From NCBI GenBank assembly GCA_030141605.1, contig JAQGDQ010000106.1, positions 186,001 through 250,000 of the forward strand: DNA of 64,000 nucleotides, in the 5' to 3' direction. Both the position numbers and the translations under genes were made by a program. Of the stretch, positions 1 through 18,197 are shown in pieces (position 1 is the first letter of the stretch; each line of letters begins with the position of its first letter). The notes beneath the pieces were generated by a model, which was not told the origin of the DNA, did no database searches, and saw only the letters and a program-made list of their open reading frames with translations. Origin of the DNA: Tubiluchus corallicola (lineage: Eukaryota; Animalia; Priapulida).

Positions 1-1452
1 AAGAACTATTTGTTATCACATTTTTGCGGTTACAAGACTCTCCACATAACACTGTGCTAGACATATCTGCACAAATTATCTTCACAAAAACAAACAGTAA
101 ATGCTTGCTTTTTCTCTGTTTTTAGTAAACCACAGTTTTTAGTAAATCAGTGTGTTATCTGTAATACATAGCTGTTTTCACAACGAAAACGGTGCACAAA
201 CTCCTGAACATGTCTAGATACTGCAGATTAACACAAAAATGAATAAACCCATGTGACCAAAGGCCACTATAGTCAAAACATATAATTATCAAAGCACATC
301 TATATTTAGTATGTATGTATACTTCAAACAGGTCTGGAATTAGCAAAAAAGGTAATTACTATACATGACACACTCTGGGTAAGACTCAGAAATATTAGCA
401 TTGATACCAGTTTTGGAAATAGATTTAATTTAAACCTTTCTGGATGATGAATCTCTTATGCAAACTAGCACACTATCTACAAAAGTACATAATAACACCA
501 TTGTGTAAACCTAACACACAATAAATGAAACGTGCTGTTCTTAATGTATATGTTTATGTAAGTGAAGACAATAATAAATATAACTCTACCCAAAATGGAA
601 TTATTAATTAGACCATCACATATCACTTAAGCCATTTTTTCAACAACATGAAAGTACTTGAACAAAATTCTGTTTTTGCAGAACAATTTCACAGCTATTA
701 CACCTTCAGCAAAACAAATCAGAAAGTTTAACTAGTGAGGCAGATTGAAAACAAAAATACAGTAACATAACAAAATATCAACACAGTATAATGTTTTCTA
801 TGATCAATCATTAGCTTTCAAAAATGATCAATGATCAACTAATGATCGATCGTAATATTTGGTAATGTATGTCAGTATGAAATTAGACCATTAAGCTTTT
901 GACTGTTATTTTATATCTTACGTTGTTTTACCGCTGATGCTATAGGTTATTTGTCCTCCTGTATCTAAATGGCAGAAAGGTGTGATGAAGTGTTACTTTT
1001 ATTGTATTGAGCGATCGATCGATCATGTTAATTTATAAGTGAGCACTTAGTTGAACGTCGCAGTCGACTAACTTTCGATAATATTAATTAATTGGAACAG
1101 CACTACAACACAGTGAGCCAGTAATAATGACAGATCACAAAACGTGCCATTTTATTAAAACTGAATACCTGGTCTCACATTTTTCAAGTTGTATTTAATT
1201 ACTGAACTTTAGCAAGTGCTCAAAATTTTCCTATCCACAAATGAGTGAATAACGTGCTTTTATTGTCAAAATCAAATTAAGAAATTCATGTTTACTTTGC
1301 CAATTGCTCTTGCACATATTTAACACTCACCACATCAACTCAATGCATAAATATCTTATTAAAAACGAGTTTATAACACATTTAGAATATAAGGCTTAAC
1401 TGCGAATACAGGAAATCATTTAATATTGTGAGATTTTCTCGTCAAATTCTCA

Positions 1453-3438
1453 TCAATCTACTTTTACAATGCTATAAATTTTACGGATAAACCAGAAACA
1501 AGAAAAGAAACCAATAGTGCCTGTAAAGAGGAAGAAGCACCATACCATGATGGCCGTATAACCAAAGTAAAGAAAAGCATTAGCAACACCCTCCACATTC
1601 ATTTTTGTGGCATAGTAATGTATGCTATAAATAAACAAGTAAACAGCAGTGAAACCTGATGTTAGAAAAGATCGCCACCACCAGTGGTAATCCTCAGCAC
1701 ACAAATGAAAGTAGCAGAGAAGAATCGTGGCTTCAGCACTTGTGACAATCAGAATAATGAACACGATGAAGAGAAAACCGAACATGTAGTATGTCTGATG
1801 AGACCAAATGCTGTTAAGAATAAAGAACAATTGTATAAAAATGCAGCCAAAAGGAAGAATGCCACCCATCAGAATACCTGGTATGGGTTTTGTATAGAAT
1901 GATTGTTCAGGAATTTGTCGCGGTATCTGATTGGTGCGAACTGGCTGCTCAATCGTGTTACGTTTATAGCCAAAGTAGGCACCAATGAAAGTAAGAGGAA
2001 CGGATACACCAAACCACATTACTAATAAGACAAGAAGAGTAGTAAATGGTATAGCTGCTGAACTACCGTATGCCCACAAGATTAAATTAAGGACGAAAAA
2101 AACAGCAAATACCAGCCCAGGACATAAGAAGCATGTCATTAACACATTAGTTTTCCATCTTTCACCACCCATCATTTTGTAAAGGCGTGCAGACACATAG
2201 CCAGCGGGAGACCCCAAAAACACATAAACTACTAAAACGCAGGTCATCAATGCCCCACGATTACCTGGGAACAGAAAACCAAAGCAAGCAAACACTAAAG
2301 TTATGAGTAACATCAGACCAATCTGAGTGCCAGAACCAATAAAAACAGCCAGTAACATGCCTTTAGCAGGAGCTCGGAAGACGTCCCCATGTACCAACTT
2401 CCAACCAAACTCTTCTTGTGCATCTTCAGCAGAATCCATCTGATTATATCTAACAATGTCTTTGTGCAATGTTCTCAGCATAATCATGGCAACCATTCCA
2501 GAAAGAAAAAGCACAATAACTAGGGAATTCATAATGCTGAACCACTGAATATTAGTGTGAGGCATGGAACCCAAGATGTAGTCCCAACGAGAAGACCACT
2601 TTATGTCCTTATTTTCCACAAATGTAACACCATATGCATATGTTATAGTGACAGCACCATTTTCTCCAGGTTGTTTAAAGCTAGCTGTACCTGATTGCAA
2701 AGTGCACTTGTTGCTGTCTTTAGGATCAACGGCTATGCCTATGCTCATTGGCTCTATTTTGATCGACAATATACGTCCACCTTGATCAAACTGAGGGGAC
2801 GTAAAAGATGTATCACCTTTCGGTGGGGGATGATAGGCTACTGTCAGGTTGATGTAATTGAACACATAGAATGTGCTAGGGTTTGAATATATATTACTAA
2901 TGACACAAGCATCTTTTGCGTGTCCATCTTTATCCACATAACAGCCAATTGGAAACCCGGTTGCACAATATTCTTCACCACTTTCTACTTGGTAACACCA
3001 TGTAACAGGTAAATTGTCTATAATCCAATGATGTTGGTAATTCAACATAATTCCTTTACTGAGAAATTTAAGCTTTTTCTTGTGATCACTATTTGATTTA
3101 TCATCATATGTTTTTGAACACGCCACTTTGCATGTCTCGCTTTCGTTGAAGTTCAGTTCATAAGGAGAGGGACGTATCCGTTCCCCAAAAACAACCTGAC
3201 CCAAATTTTCTGTGTAGCCTGGGGCATCATCTTTACTAGGACAAAAATCAAAATGACTGTATTCGAAAGGAATCACAGACTCTTCTGAATCCAGTCGGTT
3301 GACATATACAGGTATTTTGCTCTTGCAGTCTTTTACATCTTTACAGTAAGTAACGGGAGCTAATCCCGGTAAGTAAAAGCCATGTGCAATTAGTGTACAG
3401 TAAATTAGCTGTAATATCACAGTATCTTTTAAAGCCAT
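1453..3438 (-). CDS. TM9SF2: Transmembrane 9 superfamily member 2 (EMP70 family), 661 aa, single coding exon
   Basis: ORF has a signal peptide followed by FYLPGLAPV, then [63 protein letters not shown], and C-terminal IYSIVKVD (KxD Golgi motif, TM9SF2 type). The first true ATG is at 3438 (acaATGg); the track's 3459 start is a GTG. Acceptor tttcaacag| places an exon start at 3466. Confidence 0.95.
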   Translation of the reverse strand: MALKDTVILQLIYCTLIAHGFYLPGLAPVTYCKDVKDCKSKIPVYVNRLDSEESVIPFEYSHFDFCPSKDDAPGYTENLGQVVFGERIRPSPYELNFNESETCKVACSKTYDDKSNSDHKKKLKFLSKGIMLNYQHHWIIDNLPVTWCYQVESGEEYCATGFPIGCYVDKDGHAKDACVISNIYSNPSTFYVFNYINLTVAYHPPPKGDTSFTSPQFDQGGRILSIKIEPMSIGIAVDPKDSNKCTLQSGTASFKQPGENGAVTITYAYGVTFVENKDIKWSSRWDYILGSMPHTNIQWFSIMNSLVIVLFLSGMVAMIMLRTLHKDIVRYNQMDSAEDAQEEFGWKLVHGDVFRAPAKGMLLAVFIGSGTQIGLMLLITLVFACFGFLFPGNRGALMTCVLVVYVFLGSPAGYVSARLYKMMGGERWKTNVLMTCFLCPGLVFAVFFVLNLILWAYGSSAAIPFTTLLVLLVMWFGVSVPLTFIGAYFGYKRNTIEQPVRTNQIPRQIPEQSFYTKPIPGILMGGILPFGCIFIQLFFILNSIWSHQTYYMFGFLFIVFIILIVTSAEATILLCYFHLCAEDYHWWWRSFLTSGFTAVYLFIYSIHYYATKMNVEGVANAFLYFGYTAIMVWCFFLFTGTIGFFSCFWFIRKIYSIVKVD

Positions 3439-3659
3439 TGTTGCAGCATCAGTGCCCACTCAAATCCTGTTGAAATAACAGAAAAAATCCAATTATCTAA
3501 ATGATAAATTTGCTAGAAGACAACAATTTTTTCCAGCCAATTCAAATACGACATACTCGTCATAGCGATTCAGTAAATTATTAATGCCAACGAACAATTA
3601 TGTGAAAATGATGGTAGCAGTAGTAGCAGCAGCATTTCCTTGCACATATGCACAACCGG

Positions 3660-4520
3660 GTGTACTGGACACAGGACGTTTCACTGCAAGACATTTTGAC
3701 ATATAGGTCATTTCGCCACAAGGCTATTTCGGCACATAAGTCATTTGAACACAAGGCTATTTTGACACACAGGTAATTTGGACACACAGGTCACTTGGAC
3801 ACGTAGGACATTTGGACACAAGGACATCTAAACACAAGAACATTCGGACATACAGGATCAGTGGCGACTCGTGTATAGGCACTGTGGAATTGCAGTACCC
3901 CCTATATTCACTCGATATTATCGTTAATATTCAATATAATGAGTCTTTTTTCTTTAATTCTTTCTTTATACTTATAGATACTTGTAAATTCTTGTACGGA
4001 ACCAAAGCACATGATGGAACTGTGCACTTCACAGCCTCAGTAACGTGTGTTTGGCTGTTGTGCATATGTGGCCATGCGCACATGTCTCAGATAAGATGCT
4101 ACCCTAGGTACGCTACGCTAGATAGAGCACTGTCGCTCACGCTCAAGGAGATGAAGGAGAAAATTATTAATCTTTTTGAAAAAAGTAAAACAAGGAGAAT
4201 AGATTTTGTTTTTAAATGACTGGATTAACTTAAACATAATTTAACTTAATAAATTAATTAATTAGATTAATTTAACTTGAACTGTAACAATTTAGCTACT
4301 AGTAAGTAAAAAATACTTTTATTTAGGAATTTATCAAATTTATGTATAAATTTTCTTTATTTATGTATGCTTGTTTTGTTTTACACAATATTAAAACAAT
4401 TGTAAAAAATTTCTAAGCAGCACACCCCACTAATTTTAGCTACGAGATGCCACTGTATAAGACATTTGGACAAAATGTCATTTGGAATCAAGGTAATTTG
4501 AACATGAGGTGATTTGGAAA
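3660..4520. repeat. Degenerate ~16-17-bp tandem array (aggacatttggacaca-like), split by a TIR element
   Basis: About 12 units at 3660-3858; the array resumes at 4456-4520. Confidence 0.7.
3859..4455. mobile_element. Non-autonomous TIR element (CAGTGGCG termini, hAT-like)
   Basis: Termini cagtggcgactcgt ... acgagatgccactg are imperfect inverted repeats; flanks tacaggat/tataagac match only 5/8. Confidence 0.55.
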
Positions 4521-5166
4521 TGCAAGCTGTTTAAGCTAGGCTTTCACAGAGTTCGCGACTTTAGCAACTATCCGAAAATTTCCAAGCCAAGCAGTCGCCA
4601 AACACGCACCGAAAGTTCACCAAATAGTCGCAAAACATTTGTGGGGTGTTCGATGTTGTTGCCAAAAGGTCACTTCGAAAAAAATTTAAAAAAGTTTAAA
4701 GTTTGTCGCCGAGTCACAACAATTTGAGAATTCGTGACATCTTGGCAAACATTTTGCAACGCTTTTGAGAATGGCTGCGACTACTTTACGACATTTTGGC
4801 GAACCTTGATCTGTCTGCGAAAATTTCGTGAAATTATGTGAGTATACTCACAAAAATGTCGTGTTACAACAGATAATGTAATAAATGTTGCTAATGTAAT
4901 GCCAAAAAATTAACGAATAATGTCATAAAAAAATCAATGCATGATGTTATAAATGATGAATAATGCAATAAAATTAACCGAGTGTGTAATAAAAAAATTA
5001 ACGTACAGTGCAAGACTCCAAAACGCATAATGTAATAACCTGAAGTTTTACACACATTGTAACGCCACAGATCAAAGGTCACGAAGTGTTAAAGTCAGTA
5101 CCTTAGAATGTTTACTGGTGGAAAGCCGCAAAAAGAATGCTTTAGAGTTACCTTGCGAATATAGTA

Positions 5167-5260
5167 CAGTAAGTCCTCGCTTAACGATGCTAATGCATTC
5201 CAGCAAAACATCGTTAAATGAAACTAGGACTTCCATAAAAGGTAATGTAAAAGAATTGAG
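5167..5260 (+). mobile_element. Tigger/pogo-like MITE end (solo)
   Basis: ta|cagtaagtcctcgcttaacg...catcgttaaatgaaac resembles Tigger-family termini; no partner end found. Confidence 0.35.
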
Positions 5261-6045
5261 ATACGTTCCAGAGGCAACAATCAGTGTTGTCTTGTGAGTT
5301 TTATTCATATTTCTACTGATTAATGTCTTTCTGTTTGCTTTAATGTTACCATGTATCTTTGTTACCAATACCTAGCTAGACTTGCTGGCAGTTTCTCACT
5401 CGTTAACGTGCAAGCCCTATATATTGGCAGTTGGAAGTTCATCACCATGTAGTGAAAGCCAAGCTCTGGAGCGACCTTGGGATAATTTCATGAATGTAGT
5501 ATTAGCTGGTTGCTATAGCAACAGGCTGCAGATAAATTTTATGGCATAAATTTGAACTCAGGTGTCTGGAGACGTATAAATAAGATCTTGCTTGATATTT
5601 GGGCGGCTAGCATTTAGTAGGTAGTAGTCAGGCAGCAAAAACACTCTTGCAGTGTTTTTCATTAGTAATACGTTTTTAGAACAGAATAATGCAATATATA
5701 GCACTTCCAATGCTTCAAATCAGGCAAAAAAGTTGCTCATGAAATAGAAAATTGCTTTGAGCGAAGTAAAAAATCATTGTTAAATGTCGCTGTTATGCTT
5801 AATATGCAAATTAACTGACGCCTACCCCAGTAGCGTGGACGACATACAGGGTGATGTTGTCCGTTGATGTCTAAAAAGATAATATAAAGCTACAAAACAC
5901 TTGTGGCCAAACATGTACAGACCTGCCAAAACGATTACAGAATTATGTTATCTGTTATGCTGTGACTGCTGCCTTCTGGATAGCTTTTTCTGCTTTTTTG
6001 TGTTTTTTGTCCATTCAGATGGCTCAAAAAAGATACAGTATAGAG

Positions 6046-7096
6046 CAGGGGTGTGCAACGTGCGGGCTGCTTGCGGTCCACCGGGAGATTTTGTGCGGCC
6101 CACGAAGAGATTTGTCAACCTAATGAAAGTGCGGCCCGGGCGATGAATTGAGTGTGTCCAGCTGAAGTCCGTGCCACGATTGCAAAGATAGCGCGGTAGT
6201 TTTTTCCACTAGATTGGATAGTGTTAACCCTTACAAGACGGTTGTCACTGTGGGACATGATGAAATTTAACGTTGCTCACTTGGAACACAAAAAAGCGAT
6301 GTAATCACAGAACACAGCAAACTATCACGGAAGCCGCCATTCAAGTGCTCAAATGTGCAAGAAAGGCAAAAAGCAATCGGATTGGCTGGTAGGAAGACCA
6401 ATTAGCCAATCTCTAGGCTTTTATTATCGAGGCTGTTGATCTGTCCAGTCGTCTTCTTGGTCATAGCAGGTAGATCATTTTGACTTGGTTATTTTTTTAC
6501 AAAAATTATAAATAAATAAATTATAAAAAATATAAAATAAACAAGTCAAAATGATCTACCTACTATGACCAAGAAGACAACTGGGCAGATCAATTTGTAA
6601 GTAACCAGCAAGCTGAAAAAATGTGGTCACCCCTGATTTAGAGGGGATTCCGAGATTTTAGTTTCAGCTTAGGCTCTGTAGTACATGCTTGAATCAGTAG
6701 CTATTTCATCGTTTCATCAGATGTAGTGTTCTTATAGATCAGAATCATGGATAAGAAAAACAGGAAGATTGAAGAAGAACAGCGAGTCAAAATAGATTAA
6801 TATGTACTGTACTACACAGACTGTGTGATACACATTACTAATATGCATTGTAATGAAATTACCACTATCTGTCGTGAAAGTAGAAATAATAAATGGTTTT
6901 TAATATAAATTTTAATAACTTCTAAAATAGTCTTTTGAGTGTAGTAGTGCAGTAGTGATGATGTGCGCAGATTGCATGCAAAAAATATTTATTAAGTCCT
7001 AATGTACTTAGCTCTTTGATCTAACTGCTTGTGGCCCACAGGAATTGCGGGAAAGTTTAATGTGGCCCGGCTAGTCAGATAATTTGCACACCCCAG
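6046..7096 (+). mobile_element. Non-autonomous hAT element, copy 1
   Basis: TIRs caggggtgtgcaa / ttgcacaccccag; perfect 8-bp TSD gtatagag (6038-6045, 7097-7104); homologous inverted copy at 29805-30750. Confidence 0.9.
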
Positions 7097-7613
7097 GTAT
7101 AGAGCAAATTAGAGAATTTCTTGCCAGAATTGGCAAGTCCAGCCAAGTACGATGGTAGCTGAAGCTGCCAATTCTAATTAGATAAGACTGATTCAGCACT
7201 GTTGTTGGTGCTACACTACGTACGGTACATGCAAGCTAAAAATTATAGAACTAAGTCTATCTGTGGTTTATTTCTTCCAAACCACAATGGCTATTGCCAG
7301 AGAGTAATGGGGACCAATGACAAAATTTTAACGTGAGTAGCTGCTCTTACATACTTTAGAAAAAAGTAAGTTTGTGCCAGCGGTGGTTGGCGCTACTATG
7401 ATGGCAACAATGGCAAGAACAACAACAGAAGTGGGGCACTATTACACTTTCGCACCGCCTAGTTTTTTCTAGGTTACTACTCGTTTCTAGGCTCGTAGGT
7501 CATTATTCTATTATTCTCACGTCATCAGTGAACGTTTCCGCTAATCTCGTGGTAATTTAATCATATATTTAGATATAATTACCAATAATTACGTTGTATT
7601 CACAGTTCTACAC

Positions 7614-7660
7614 CTATACAGTTCGTATCGCCATCTTGTTTGTGTGTGTAGTCACGTGAC
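7614..7660 (-). promoter_or_regulatory. Putative TM9SF2 promoter/first exon with a GTCACGTGAC palindrome (CLEAR/USF E-box) and a CAAGATGGCG (YY1/TISU-like) motif
   Basis: gtcacgtgac at 7651-7660; cgccatcttg at 7629-7638; candidate minus-strand donors follow (tatag|gtgtag, ttg|gtaatt); region is locally CpG-richer. Confidence 0.5.
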
Positions 7661-8952
7661 GAATTTCGTACTAGTTTATGCATTATCAGGGCCTAGCTTA
7701 AAAGGCACGTGCACACATTCATCTTGACCGCATTTACGAAATAAAGAAAAAACCTTTACTTTTTTATAATCTAATAGTAATAATACTACAGTAATAAATA
7801 AAATTAATGATAAATAACTGTAGTGGTCTAAAATAAGGTGTCCAGGCCCACCCGCGATACGATACAAACTCCCGTGGCTGCAACCCTAATAATCATAAAT
7901 TATGAGAGGAAACTAAAAATACTTGTCAAGGGCCACATCGTCACTGCGCGAGAGCGATTGCGCATTAGTGGTGTAAACACAGTTATTCAAGTGGAGCTTT
8001 TTGCGTGATGGTGACGGTAAGTAATGTATGATTTTAATCTGGAATTGTAAGGTCCAAAAACCAATAATATTATGGGAATATGGTGTATATTACGCCTGTT
8101 GGTCTGCTTTCTGGCCTGCAGGCGTGAAAACAACCAATAGGCCAGAAAAAATTAGGCGGTGCGAAAGTGTAATACTAATACTAATAGCGCCCAGAAGTGG
8201 TGCTATTAATATGTATTAACAACAATTAACATTACAGTGACACTGACAGTAACAACTTTTCATTCTCATAAAAAAATTCGGGCTGACATACAATTTGCTT
8301 AATTTAAACTATACAATTTCATTTACTGCACAGATACGCTATAAGTACCCTGGCAAGCAAAGAAAAAAAAGTAGAGAGACAGCCGTGTAAACGCTTGATC
8401 TTGATTAATAAAAATTTTAATCCATTTAAGCGTTTAAAGCTCAGTAAGGGAGTTTGATAGCCTGCTCCTAGTACTAGTAAGTATTAGAAAAATAAGCATA
8501 AAATGAATTATAACAATTTATAAACATTTTAAATAAAACCAAAAATTACACACATACCATACGAAATTTCGTTGACACGTCTTCTAAAACATATGAACAG
8601 CTGAGACGTGACGCGACCAGTATTTAGAAAAATCGAATTAATCGTAGAAAAGGCTGCTCCTAATTGTTAATAAAACGACATGCACAAAATTATTTTTGAA
8701 ATTTTATTGAAAAATTCTGCCAAAAAATTGTTTCCTGACGGTCAAAAAATTACGCTGAACGATACATTAAAACTTAATTTGACTGCCCACAGATGGCGCA
8801 ACTACACAATTACTTTTCTCAAAATAAAGAGCACGTGTAGTGATTCTGCTAATTTGTTTTACTTTTTTCGGTCTAGTATTGACTAAATGCTGCATTAAAA
8901 TTTGTTGATTTACAGACTGCTCTATTAAGTTTTGTTTCTATGATTTTCGAAA

Positions 8953-15657
<6,705 letters not shown>

Positions 15658-16487
15658 TGAATGTAAATTTAGATAATTTTAGAAATTATCGCTTTTGTAT
15701 TTTATTATTATACTTTTGACTGCATGATTGCCTGCATGATTTAACACGAAACCCAAGAAGTTTCACGTTAAAAGTTCGTGGCTACATTCATTCTCAATGA
15801 CTTGGCTTGTCAGGCTGAGCAGTGAATGATTAAGCCTTTTTCCACACCTTTAGTGGCAACACACCACCCCAAACTGAAGCACTGATGTGTTATTTACATG
15901 TGACCCGTCAATTTTTGCAAATTTCATTAAGCCACTTTGGCATGAAGCTTTGCACTATGGCTTAAAACTCTGTAGAAAATGTTAGTAATTGATCAGTTTT
16001 TACAAATTTGAGCTGATGCAACTAAGAAACACATTTTTGATGTCAACACAGGAAAACGTTAACAATAGGAATTGTGGACTGACAAACTGTTGGCAAGATA
16101 ACAGATTATGCGTCTGTGAATATTAAAATGCCCAGTCCTTTTAATAACTCAGTTTCTACTGACAGAAGTTTCAATTATCACCTAATACAGTCATTCCCTT
16201 TTGTGAAAACTTGCATTCTGAAAATATATTGAATTTTTATTATGAATTTTTACTCGTTAAGACTATACTCTGCCTATTTATTATAACCAAAATAGTACTG
16301 TAAGTGTGGTAAACAAGTACAGACAGCTTAGTGAAAAATGTTGTACAAATCCCTTGTGCCTGTGATTAACAAATAACATTCTTCATTTGCATCGGTAATA
16401 ATAACTGAATAAAAAGTTTCAAACAAGCATAAACTTTTATTAACAAGCGTTTTTCTTATAAATTTGCATTTTTTTGGGTAATCAAAC

Positions 16488-17539
16488 CAGTGTTTGCAGT
16501 TTGCAATGAGACAAATACCGGTCTCGATCTCACAGAGACTACAGGTTTTTTAAAGGTTTTTTTTAAGGTCTCGGTCTTGGTGAGGATCAAGACAATGCAA
16601 GTAGAGGCTATAAAAAGTAATTTTATGTAGTTTAGAATGTGATAATGTTAGACTCACATGAGCAGTGAATTCCACAAACTAGTAATTGTGATTTTGCTGC
16701 TGCTAGTTACCCAGCAGAATGACTGTGCATATATGCAGACTGCAAAGTCACATCCAGAAAACAGTTCTAATTCAGTTTTCTAAAAACCAAAATGCAAGAT
16801 AATTTTTTGCAAGCCATAGAATGCAAATTATAGACCTGTTCAGACTAGGATTTTGTTGGCTATAGTCGATGTCTGGATGACTTGTACATTCATGATATTG
16901 TTTTCATATGTCAGTGCACTGTTTCATAGTTTGAAAGCTTAATGAATAAAAATGACAAAGCTATGTTTGGGTCGTTCGGGACCATTAACTTAAGATAGCT
17001 GATCAGAAAATCAGAAGCCTGCCTGTGGAACAGTTATAATATAGAGACTGCAAGTAATTCTGTAAGCCATTAGTGTAGCAGAAGCCTGAATAAGTGTTTA
17101 GTGCTGCTTCTAAGTTCCCAGCAAAATTTCGTTTAGAAAGCCAGATCAGCTGTTCAAGTGTTTGTGTTTTTTATGATGATATGTGTCACCAAAGAACTCG
17201 TATTATAACAACGTAGTAATTTTAAACATCACAGTTACAGTTTACAATTTCAGTTAGCATATTGACTAGTATGAAATTTAGATAAAATTGACCAACTTGG
17301 TGATTAATTTAATCTCAATGCAGGTTTTCTACTCACAAGAAATGCTCTGTTAAACCTGTCAATGCCTGCTGCAAGGGTGTCATAGTATGCAGAATTTTGT
17401 GGTATTTTTAGACCAACCTGTGCAAACCAGTTTGGATGTTTATCAGCTGTTTATTAGTCTCGATCTCGACAGGGTCTCGATAGGTCAGTCTCAGTCCTGA
17501 TCTCATAATTTTAAATGGGCTGAGAAATTGCAAACACTT
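16488..17539. mobile_element. hAT-like non-autonomous element with gtctc(g) subterminal repeats
   Basis: Termini cagtgtttgca ... tgcaaacact; flanked by atcaaac on both sides (7/8-bp TSD); ggtctcg-type repeats near both ends. Confidence 0.6.
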
Positions 17540-18197
17540 ATCAAACAAGTAAAAATTTAAATACAAATAACTGTAAGTACCACTGAATACTGTATAATTT
17601 ATCGCCTTAAACTTTAAAATACATATTATAACAGTCACTTGGTTGCTAATCAAAATGTTAGGTATCAGCTAGTTGGCACACGTGTCTTAGTTTATCCCAT
17701 TTCAGTACAAATAATCAAACACTCCAAATTTTGGGCATATGACAAAAATTTACTTGGATTAAAACCCGTTTCTTCACAAAGTACGATAGGTAAAAAAGAA
17801 GTTACTGTGTATACGAATACAGTTAAAGTGTTATGTGTTCAAGCTATATTTCATTACGACAAATTTTTAATACAGCAGAATTCTGTTTTCTTTTGTGTAT
17901 AAATCGCTGAGTATGACTCCAGTCTATAATGACAGCAGATGATGCTCAACTGTTATCATGACTTTTGCTGTACTGCTGAATGTAGTGACTTTGGATTGTC
18001 AAATAATGATTAAAATTACAGGAACCTCAAAACAACAAACTTTGCTCCATGATAAATTAGAATATTGACTAAAAAATCATTCAAAACTAATGCTACCTAC
18101 AATAAATCAGTAAACTTAAAGGAAAAATAAAATCAACTGAAAAATGTAGCAGCAACTATACATCTATTACTATAATGGCAGTAGGAGGTAGTCATCG

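Noticed and set aside
155-1400. Short ORF in the first 1.4 kb
   Set aside because: No motifs; the region reads as TM9SF2 3'UTR/intergenic DNA, with minus-strand AATAAA at ~1260, ~1152 and ~998.
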